Part shown: piece by piece, positions 39,732 to 50,382 of the stretch
Layout: each line of letters opens with the position of its first letter
Numbering within the stretch: position 1 is the first letter of the stretch
Assembly (NCBI GenBank): GCA_951406725.2
Contig: OX597820.1
Coordinates: 95,046,001-95,110,000, forward strand
Direction of reading: 5' to 3'
Origin: Octopus vulgaris
Taxonomy: Eukaryota
DNA: 64,000 bases
Translations under genes and position numbers: made by a program
The notes under the pieces: generated by a model
Told to the model about the DNA's origin: nothing
What the model saw: only the letters and a program-made list of their open reading frames with translations
The model's database searches: none

Positions 39732-40531
39732 TTATGAGTGCTGTATATTAAGTCTAAAAAATTGTGTATAAAGTATATAAAGTGCATTAAGTAATCATCC
39801 TTCACTTTTCAGTGATTATCAGATGAGCGACTATCTTTCCATATAGATACAATACAGGCTACACTTTCAAGATTTTTGGATAAAGTTTTCAGAAATAACC
39901 CAATAGGCTTACCATTAATTCTATGAAATATTCATGGGTCCCGCTAGTCAATAAACATTTTGGCATCAACATCTTTCTCAGGGTTTTCAAGACTAAAACC
40001 TGAGCACTTGCTTGAATGCTTGCAACAGAGTGGACTACCCTAAAGGCACCCAGGAGCCACGTGATGGTATTTAACAGGATAACAGATTAAAGCAATCATG
40101 CAAGAACATGAAAAGTCCTTTCAACAAGCTTCAACTTTTACTCATAAGACTTTGTTTACAGAAGTTACTGTCCAATGTTGTTGTTAAGCAATGAGATCAA
40201 AATCGAAGGTGTACAATTATAAAGCAAACTTAACATAATCTTTCCTGCTTCCCATGAAGATACTTGGCCTACAGAAATTTTGAGCCAATGAGAGAGTAAA
40301 AATGTAACAAACCTATCAACCTACAAGAAACAATAGCCAAATCTCCTCCTCTTAACCTACAGTGGTTTAAGAACATTAATAGCATCACTCTCACAAGTTT
40401 GGAAAAGCCTGTGAAAGCCATGGGTAATACCCATTCCCTCCAGACCCAATAAGGAAGAAAAAAAATCCTATATAGACTTAAACTCGACTATATAAAGCAA
40501 TTTCAAGAAGAGAAATATCAAAATAATTTAC

Positions 40532-40693
40532 CATGTCCGGATCATTAAATTGTCCTGGTTTAGCAACTTCAGCAAACTTTGCTTTATTATCTCCATAGAA
40601 TTTAATGATTGATGCAATGCTAGCCCAAGAATCCTGAACATCATGGTAGTTACGCCAAATGTTACATGATTTTGCAATAGCTTTGTAGTCAGG
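40532..40693 (-). CDS. NAGA: GH27 exon with the acid/base Asp
   Basis: tttcag|CCTGAC...GACATG|gtaaat, 162 bp. PDYKAIAKSCNIWRNYHDVQDSW...KPGQFNDPDM. Confidence 0.93.
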
Positions 40694-41282
40694 CTGAAAC
40701 AGAGTAAAAGAAAAATTATAACTGAAAACTAGTAATTGATAACACATGAAACTGCATTACCATTTCAAATAACTTTGAAAAACCAATAATCCCCCACAAC
40801 CACTTTTGGTTCAATATTTAGATTAAAAACAATTTCCCAGAAATTTAGTAAAATTAACATTTGATAATTTTAGTAAATGTCATGTAGTAACCCTTATGCC
40901 TACAGCATATTTATGAACATTTTGCATTTTACTAAATATTTCATAATATATTTTGTCTTCGCGATGCTTTCTAAATTTACCTACCACAACCTATAGCTTA
41001 GGAATCAGTAATTTAAAGTAAAAACATTTTTGCTAATAAATTCCTTAGTTCCTTTTAATGATGGGTGTGTGGTTAAGAGAAGTTTACTTCAGAACTACAT
41101 AATTTAGGATTGGCTCCCATCATATGGATCGACTGGTTTCCTCTACTATAGCTGCAGGCTGACCAATACCTTGTAAGTAAAAGTTTGTAGTTGAATACTG
41201 GAAGTTTGCATGTGTGTCTGTGTTTGTGTTTGCACATGTGCATGTGGTGGGGGGTGACTATGTGTATTTCTCTTGTCGTGCA

Positions 41283-44200
41283 TCTTATTTTATCTTTATA
41301 TATAAATGTAAGGTTGTGTGCTGTCTGTCTCCTACGATTTAGATTCCTAACTACTCCCACATTTTGCGGTGCAGTTTAACCAAAACCGGGTATCTTATAG
41401 TCGTGATTCATATCGAGCCCTTCTGGGTATTAGCACGCGTCTACGATGAGTCTACGATTTTAAAAAGAATTTACCATCAATTTTTACCATTTTTAATGCA
41501 TTTTTGGCATATATAAGGGAAGTAACTCTCTAAAAATTTATTATTAAATCTCAGAGCGTAAAAAGCTACAGTAACACCCCCCCACTTTGTGGTTAGCCAT
41601 ATTGAGATGGCTATTATACTTTACATCTCTAAAAATGCTTATATAGTTATTTCCCTTACAAACCCGAGCAACACCGGGCGATACTGCTAGTAACTTATAA
41701 AATCGAAGTGGTAAGTTGGGCTATCATTTGATAAAATAAGAAGGGTGCAAGGGCAATAGTGTAAGAGGAAACATAGTGGCATAGAGAGTGTGACTGATAT
41801 CAGGGAAGGGGAGGACAGCGATAAATATGGAGTGGCAGTGGGATAGTAATGTTAATACAGTTGTCATTCAGAGATACACTTGCGAGTGCTTTCGATCTCT
41901 TTCTCTCTCACTCGCGTCTCTTTCTCTCTGTCTCTCACACTCTGTCTCTCTGTTTGTCTGTCTGTCTCTCTCTCTGTAACACACACACACACTCACAAAT
42001 CTATAGACAAGTATTTGACAACGTTTAAACCAAAATTATCCAGAAATAACCAAAGTATTCCTTTTTTTTTTTTTCCGTTTATGTACAAACAATAAAGAAG
42101 TTATCATCTGCTAAATACTTAGTCAACTTACTTTCAAGTCAACACTGAAGGTGAAGTACCTTATTAATTTGGTTTTTATGATTTACAAAATTATAATCAC
42201 TCATTCAACTATCGCAAAGATAGAAAGACAAATTTCTAAAGGGGAAATTGCTATCATTTAGTATCTCATCCCTTTTGGTGTTGTAATTTTCCATCATGTT
42301 CTGTTCATAAAACCATCTAAAGTTTAAACTGAAGGTGAACTCCCTTACTGAATTTATTGAAAAAGTATTCAACAATTACATTAATTCATTAATTCATTCC
42401 TTTAATAAAGTCATGGGTGATGGTAACTGTATGTTCAGAGCTGTGTCACTCTTGCTCAAAGACAATAGAAATAACTGAAGACTCCGGGAAAAGCCTGGAC
42501 AATACATATGCAATAACTGGAAGTATTTTCATTCTTTTATCCTGAATAGTACAATGCAGGAATACCAAGCATACATGAGTTGGGATGGAACATATAGCGG
42601 TAATGTTGAATTTGCTGCCATTAGTGAATTGTACAAAGTTGCAATTCAGGCTCATCACAAAAATGACAATGGAATTATTCTTCTTCTGTTCACCGTATGC
42701 AGTCAAACAGTTTCAGAAAGGAAGATTTCAGTGTTATATAGTGGCGAAATTGACAACGGCCACTACAATGCTCTCTTTCCCATAAACAATCATGAGCATG
42801 AAAGAAATGTAGTAGGAAATGAAACATCACAAGACATTAAAAAAGACAAAAAGAATGAGAATTCAAACACTTAATATGAAAATTGTAGAAGAAAGTAAAA
42901 AACCATCAGAAAGTTAGGTTGCAAAAAATTATGGAATATTACAGGAGGATAAGAGAACAAGAAGGTGAAAAAGAAAGAGAAATAAGATTGCAGAGAAAGA
43001 AGGAAAACTATGGAAATAAAAAAGTAGAAGGAAAGACAAAGAAATACAATTGCGAAAAAGGAGAGAAAAAGGTAGAATAAATAGAAAACAAGAAAGAGAA
43101 AGTGACTGAAAAATACAACTAAAAAGGAGAAAGCTTTCCGGAGAAAACCAGCAGGAAATGTATAGATGATTTCAATGACAAGGTGTAGCATTTAATTATG
43201 ATCTTAATCATAATTATGCATCTGAAAAAATTGTCTCCCTGGGTTCTATGTGCAAGACATGTGAAAAGTGTGGTGCGAGGAAGTGGGGCAAAGAATCATT
43301 AGGTATGTGTTGTTCTAAAGGTAAAGTCCAATTACAAATAAGTGAGCCTCCAAAACTTATAAAATATCCTCTTTTGGGTACCACTTCAGAATCAAAATGC
43401 TTTCTTAAAAATATTCAAGCATACAATTGTGCTTTTCAAATGACATTATTTTGGGCAAAAATTATTAGAGAAAGTGGGTTTATGCCGACTTTTGAAGTGC
43501 AAGGACAAATTTATCACAGAATTGGCTCTCTTAAGCTTTTACAGAATAAAGATCCACAATTTTTACAAATATATTTTACAGGTAACATTCAAAAGGAAGT
43601 ACAGTGTTACAAGAATTGTCCACGTACAAGCTTAGAACTTATTTTTAAGCTGCAAGAAATGCATCACGGAAAGAATTCTTATGTGAGATGCTTTAGAATG
43701 TACTTCAACTGTGGACTTTCAAGTTGTCATCGATGCCAACAAAAAACCAGCTGGAGAACATGTCTGTCGATTTGATGTTCCTGAGTGTAATGAAGTGGCT
43801 ATTATTATGGTTGGAGAACAACATGGTAAACAAGTTTTTATTTTGAAATATCATGACAATAGCATCATGTTTATAAATAAAACTCATCGTTCATATGATG
43901 TTTTACAATATCCCTTGCTTTTTGCTAACAGAGAAGATGGATACCACTTTGGTATATCACAAGTTGGAGGAATAACTTCCAAAAGAACTGTATCCTGTAC
44001 AAATTATTATGTTCATTGATTGATGATTTGAAGTAATTCGTTTAATCATCTTCACTATTGCCAAGATCTTTTTCACCTGTATGTTGTTGATATGTATGCC
44101 AAAATAGAGTCGGAGAGGTTGTGCTACATACAAATGCACCAAAAAGGACTACGTTCAGAATCATATGTGCATTTACAAGATGGCATTAACAATGATATTG

Positions 44201-45169
44201 ATGGGACAGGGCTTGGAGAACTTTGTATTCTCTCATCCAGTTTTACAGGAAGCCCAAGATATATGAACAAGAGGATACAGGATGCCATGACTTGTGTGCG
44301 TAATTATGGACGTCCTGATCTTTTCATCACTTTTACTTGCAATCCCAAATGGAACAGAATCCAAGTTGAACTTTTTCCAGGATAGTTATACATCAACAGG
44401 CACAACCTAAATGCAAGAGATTTTCATCACGTTTCGAAATTGATGGACTTCATAACTAAGTCTTACATATTTCGACCAGCAGGTTAATACATGTATACTA
44501 CTGAATGGCAAAAAGGAGGCCTACCTTACACACATATATTAATCTGGCTTTCACAGAAAATTCAAACTGATGAGATTGATTCTATGATCTCAGCAGAAAT
44601 TCTAAACCCCCATGAAAGACAAAGAACTTTATGAAATTGTAAAATTGAACATGGTTCATGGCCCATGTGGTGACCTCAACCCAAATGCATCTTGCATGAA
44701 AGACAAGAAGTGTATGAAACATTATCCTAAAAATTTCATTAAAGAAACACAAACAGGTAATGATGGTTAGTATTGTAGTTTAGATTTTAGGAATAAAATT
44801 AGGATTAGGATTTAAGTTTTAAGGTAAAAGCTGAGGGTTAGCATTTAACATTAGGGTTTCATGTTAGCATTTAGGATTACAATTTTAAGTTAGGATGAGA
44901 GTTAGTTTAAACAGAAATTGAAAAGGAATTCAAAAGATTTGAATTTGAGTACAAATTTTTACAGAATTGAACTTACATATGTTTGGAATATGGATATCAA
45001 ACTATATTCTTAAAAAAATAAAAATAAAAAGGTCTACAAAGTGTTCTTAGTCCGAAATTTCATTGAGTTTTTTTTTTTTTTATTTACTGTAAGTTAGATA
45101 AAGAGCTTTACAATGCTACTGTTAATTCTCTGAGTCATTAACACAGGCAACGCTGGGCATTTCAGCTAG
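41283..45169 (+). mobile_element. Degenerate Helitron with OTU and Rep domains, helicase deleted
   Basis: OTU motifs GDGNCMFRAVS and GHYNAL (42408-42785). Zn finger CEKC...CCSKGK. Rep motifs YGRPDLFITFTCNPKW and EWQKGGLPYTHILIW. 3' hairpin acaggcaacgctggg plus CTAG|T. The 5' TC at 41283 is tentative. Confidence 0.85.
41293..41690 (+). mobile_element. Non-autonomous Helitron
   Basis: A|TC 5' end, 3' hairpin cccgagcaacaccggg and CTAG|T. Both ends are shared with the copy at 51736-52248. Confidence 0.85.
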
Positions 45170-45803
45170 TACTAAATATAAACAGAGTCACTGTTCAAAC
45201 AAATGGTGTCATTTGTTTATAATCCTCTCTAGAATTATGTCTAAGTTGTTTGTTGTTCAATAGACTAGAGGAAACATTCATTACCTTACCTGAAAACATG
45301 TACAGTTTGACAACAGGAATAACATAGGCCATAGGAAAATATGCCTCAATAGAGTCTTGTTTAATCAATACAAGATTGGAAAAGTAGATGTTAAACCAAT
45401 GACAGTGGTGGTGGTGACAATGTTGGTGACAATGATCTTAATTTTTTAATTTTGAAAGTTTTAACTTTTAATTAATATCATAATTGCTTCATAAATTAAA
45501 AATGGATAAGAGAGAAATCTTTATCGACTAAGCCAAAAATAGATTTAAATTTAGTATTAATATAATTAATGCTAACTAAAAGTAACTAATTACTTGTAGA
45601 TAACTAAAAATAATTTTGAGAGCAAAAAATGACTAATATTAGAAAGTACAGGGAGGCTATGTTTTGCTGAAGAATTTAGAATAAAACCAAATCATGTCTA
45701 AAGTTGTCTCCTATACTTGACAGGAAAATCAAAATCAACAACTTTTTTCTTCACCATATCTTTATTTCTAGTTAGCTTTTTAATACTCCATCTTTTATCT
45801 TTA

Positions 45804-45837
45804 TTACTTTCAATCACTGGATAGCAAATGTTGTTCG

Positions 45838-45883
<46 letters not shown>

Positions 45884-45921
45884 TACCCGAACAACATTTG
45901 CTATCCAGTGATTGAAAGTAA
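45804..45921. repeat. Perfect inverted duplication around (TA)n
   Basis: ttactttcaatcactggatagcaaatgttgttcgggta / tacccgaacaacatttgctatccagtgattgaaagtaa. Confidence 0.9.
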
Positions 45922-46124
45922 TATATATATATATATTAGATAACCAGCTGATCTAGCAAGCGGGGCCGCATATCAGTGGGTGGGGGGCCTGGTGCGCATT
46001 GATGCCATCGAGAGGTAGGCCCCAAAATGGCGCGCATTCTCTCCTGATGACCCCATACACTTGCTGGCTTCCGGTATGTGGAGTTTTTGACTGGTAGCAC
46101 TTGCATGTGCAAGTTGTTTGCAAG

Positions 46125-46157
<33 letters not shown>

Positions 46158-46187
46158 GGTTTGGAGATGATGTACAGGTGTTATATA

Positions 46188-46577
46188 TTAGAAGAAATGA
46201 GGTACTCAGAAATCCAGATGGTTTTATATTTACAGATATTTATTTGTATGTTACATGTTTTTATATATCATATATCATATATTAGCGCTTTCGTCCATTC
46301 GAGTGGAGTCTTCAAATTGAACTAAGTTTTTACAGGAATTTTCTCCCCTTTCATCACCCTCTTGTACTATCTTATATATCTCTCCCCACCACTACACACT
46401 CAATAATATTATAAAAAGAGTGAAAATTCCTGCAAAAACTTAGTTCAATATGAAGACTCCACTAGGATGGACGAAAGTGCTAATATATGATATATGATAT
46501 ATAAAAACATATAACATACTAATAAATATCTGTAAATATAAAACTATCCGGGTTTCTGAGTACCTCATTTCTTCTAA
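46188..46577. mobile_element. Foldback element in (TA)n with a hammerhead-like motif in each arm
   Basis: Arms 46188-46345 and 46417-46577. TGAAGA c tcca..tgga c GAAA g(c/t)gc TA. Confidence 0.65.
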
Positions 46578-46789
46578 GATATATATATATATATATATAT
46601 TTCGCTTAGGCATGGCAAGGCTAATAGCCTGGTTCAGTACTCAATATACATATGTTTCAGAATGAAGTGTTAGATGAGTATAGAGCAGTAATAAGAAAAA
46701 GAGGTGACACAGGAAAAACAATGGTTATGTTATGAACTTCAGTAATTTTCTCATAAAATTACTTCTAGTTATTTACAAGTTCATAACTT

Positions 46790-47122
46790 GGTAAACACCC
46801 ACAAGGTTATCAACCACCTCACCAACAACAACACTGAACACCTTTTTGATCTCCATGTGTCTAACACACGTGGACATGCCTACAAAGTCAGAAAACAGCA
46901 CAGCTCCCATGACTTTCGGAAACATTTTTTCACGCTAAGGGTTGCTGAAGCGTGGAATAAACTGCCTGCATCAGTTGTTGACTGCCATGACACTGCATCC
47001 TTTAAGGCCCTCATGCTTCCCGAAATCCGTCGAAACTACACCTGATTATATATACACTTTAGATGAGTTGTAGTGCACCTGAGCACTGTACACAATTATT
47101 ATTATTATTATTATTATTATTA
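46790..47122 (+). mobile_element. CR1-clade LINE 3' end
   Basis: TRGHAYKVRK...RKHFFTLRVAEAWNKLPASVV and an (ATT)n tail. Confidence 0.85.
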
Positions 47123-47136
47123 TAACCATTGCTTTT

Positions 47137-47167
<31 letters not shown>

Positions 47168-48499
47168 AGTTTCCATATACTTTTCGTCTACCAAATTCAC
47201 TCACAAAACATTTGTTGATCCAAGACAATAGTGGAAGGCACTATCCAAAGGAGCTATACAGTGGGACTGAACCTGAAACCACATGGTTGCAAATTGAGCT
47301 TCCTAACCACACAGCCATGCTTACACCTTGAGTTAGCTATTTGTTTCTTATATGAATCAGACATCCAAATTCTTTAGCCAACCTAACTAGTTTTCAAGGA
47401 ACTCTGTCAATCATAAATACAGTCACATCCTCCGAACCAAACCAAAAAATAAACAATAAACACATACACTCATTCATCTGTTTTTACTTCTGATTTTCCA
47501 AGCTAGCATGGGCTGGACAAATATAAGGTATCAAGGCTTTACTGTACAGACCATCTTACATTCATTACCATCATCTGCTGAAGAGCTGCCTGAGCTCCAT
47601 TTGTTTGTTTTGGCTTGAGTTCTACAACCAGATGCCCTTCCTTCCTAATACCAACAAATTTACAGAGTGTGCTGAGTGCTTTTACATGGCACTACAATGG
47701 GTGATTTACATGGCCCCGACACAGGTGTTTTGCATGGCACCAACACAGGTGTTTTTACATGGCACCAACATATGTACTTTATGCAAGACTAATTTGGGTG
47801 CTTTTACATGGTACCAGCACCCACAGGCCCACAAGATTAGGATCATTCAGCTGAGAGAGGGATGTACATGCCTGTATGCATGGACAGCCATAATTAGCTT
47901 GACGAGTCTTTCCAGGCACAGCAAACCACCAGGAGTTTCAGTCCTTTGTCATCTTCCCTGTGAGGCCCAACATCTGAAGATCCTTTCTCATCACTTCATC
48001 CCACATCTTCCTAAGTCTACCCACTCCGCACGTTCCCTCCACAATTAGAGATTGGCATTTCTAGATGCAGCTGTTTTTATATATAGATACAAATATACCA
48101 GACTGTAATCATCATCACCATCATAATTTTAATGTCCACTTTTTCAAGCTTGTATGTGCCAGGTGGTTTTTATTGAGGCAGATTTATTTACAGCTAGATA
48201 CCCTTCCTGTTAACAACCCTCATCTCTTTCCAAGTAAGTTAATATTTCACCATAGTCAAACATGTCTTCATAGTATATTGGAAATAAATAACACTGTTTG
48301 CATGACAGTGATACTCCTTTTCAGCTATCACATGATGTCAAGAAAAAAGAAACACAAATATACACACACTCAGAAAGACAGATTCTATCTACTACATCCA
48401 CTCACAAGGCTGTAGTCCCAAAGTGTCTTGCAATGGAACTGAATCCAAAACCATGTGGTTTGGAAACAAACTTCTTAACCATACATATGCCTGTGCCTA

Positions 48500-48790
48500 T
48501 AGTGAATACAGGAAATAATATAGTAGCATGCAGTGAATATAGAATTGAATATAGAAAAATGTAGTGAATATAGAGTTGAGTATAGTAGGATGTAGTATAT
48601 ATAGAATTAAATATATTAGCTTGTAGTGAATATAGAATTAACTTTGGTAGGTGGTAGTGATTATAGAATTAAATATGCTTACAGTAAATGGAGAAATAAA
48701 TATTGTAGGATATAGTAACTACAGGAATACAGTAAGATGTAGTGAAAATAGAAATACAGTGGCATACAGTGAATATAGAATTAAATATGT
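48500..48790. repeat. Degenerate ~30-bp minisatellite
   Basis: Repeated gtagtgaatatagaatt(g/a)aatat units abutting the exon donor. Confidence 0.75.
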
Positions 48791-48793
48791 TAC

Positions 48794-48876
48794 CTTAGAA
48801 ACATAATCTGGCCAGCTGCAAGAATAAAGAATTGGTCTGCCCGTCATGTTGAGAAAGGATTCCATTAAAGGATAAC
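48794..48876 (-). CDS. NAGA: GH27 exon with the substrate-specificity loop (not in the ORF track)
   Basis: tcag|GTTAT...TCTAAG|gtaac, 83 bp. (G)YPLMESFLNMTGRPILYSCSWPDYVSK. Confidence 0.9.
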
Positions 48877-48934
48877 CTGATTAACATATAAGAAATGATA
48901 AAGACATTAGTTTTATTTATGAACATTCTATAAC

Positions 48935-49330
48935 AATCTCAACACAACAAAGACTGTATCACAAAGCTTGGCTTTGGGGATTTCACAACCTCAATAGAGT
49001 ATAGATTACAGCACAAAAGTTGGCCTAGGGATCTCATCTACAATGTAGCAAAGATTGAGTCACAAAGATGACCTGGGATTTTCAGATCCTCAATACAGCA
49101 AAGACTGACCTAGGTATGTCACATCCTGAATTTGGCAAGAACTGAGTCATGAAAACTAACCTGAAGATTTCGCATTTTCAACATAGCAAAAATTACATCA
49201 TTATAACTGTCCTGGAGCTATCCCATTCTCAACATAGCAACGACTGACATAAGAGTTTCCCATCCTCAACAAAGCAACAATAGGCCTGAGAATTCCATAT
49301 TCTCAACATAACAACAACTGTGTTACAAAT
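48935..49330. repeat. Degenerate ~40-bp minisatellite
   Basis: Repeated ctcaacatagcaaagactgacct.gg.at units. Confidence 0.7.
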
Positions 49331-49480
49331 ATTGGTATTCACATCATCTTTCATGCAACAAACTAGCCATTCAATGACTGAATAGGATTTCACAGCAGAT
49401 GCAATCAATGACTCTACCAGTTAAGTGATGACATTGTTTTACACTAAGCAGATAAACAATACTAAGATATAAATGAGAAA

Positions 49481-49526
<46 letters not shown>

Positions 49527-50047
49527 CTTTATAAATATGACAGGCCATCATACCATTTCCTTCTACTACTTTCACTCATACAAAATTGGTCAGCTAAGGC
49601 TATAATTGAAGACATCTTGTCCATAATGCATTGGGAATAAAACCAAAACCTTGGAGTTGCAAGTTTCTTAACTACAAGGCCAATCTAAAATAGTGTCTTT
49701 TTTATCATGTTGAACCATTTTCCTTTTTTTTTTTAAATTTTATAATTTAGTTAAAGGTGAAGAGTCAATGTCAATGACCTGTATAAACCCTCTCAACCTG
49801 ATGTGACCAATGAAATTTAATACTCAGTTTGAACGTCTTCAAATCAATGTTTGCAGGAATTAAAATATGGAAAGATGAGACTTGTTTTTTTTTTTTTTAC
49901 ATACAACAGAAGCCTCTGACGAAAGTACTCAAAGACTACTGGCTAGAGTTAAGCCAAGCAGAGAAAAATAATAATGATAAGCAAGAGAAGTTAATTTCAA
50001 AATCTTTCAGTAACTAGCAAGTAACCCAAGAATGGAATGATACTTAC

Positions 50048-50222
50048 CATATGGCATATCGTTTGCATTAGAATAACATCCATCTAGTTTCAGAAAATCA
50101 ACTTCCCATTCAGCAAATGTTTTGGCATCAATATCCATGTAAAACTCACTACCTGGGAAACCACCACAAGTCTTTGTACCAAAATCTTCATAGATTCCTA
50201 ACTTAAGCCCCTTACCGTGGAT
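50048..50222 (-). CDS. NAGA: GH27 exon with the catalytic nucleophile (not in the ORF track)
   Basis: tttcag|ATCCAC...CCATATG|gtaagt, 175 bp. IHGKGLKLGIYEDFGTKTCGGFPGS...DAKTFAEWEVDFLKLDGCY; KLDGC motif. Confidence 0.93.
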
Positions 50223-50382
50223 CTGAAAATAAAACTGTCTAACTGAATCATCTTATTAAACCATCTGAGTATACTTCATTAAAGTATATACTTATATTTC
50301 ATAATATACAGTCTAGCCAAAAGTTTGAAACATTTTTCTAAAAATTAAAATTGTTATACACAAGTAAAATTTGATTCAAATA

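Noticed and set aside
44770-44910. True telomere
   Set aside because: Short, highly degenerate and internal to a Helitron.
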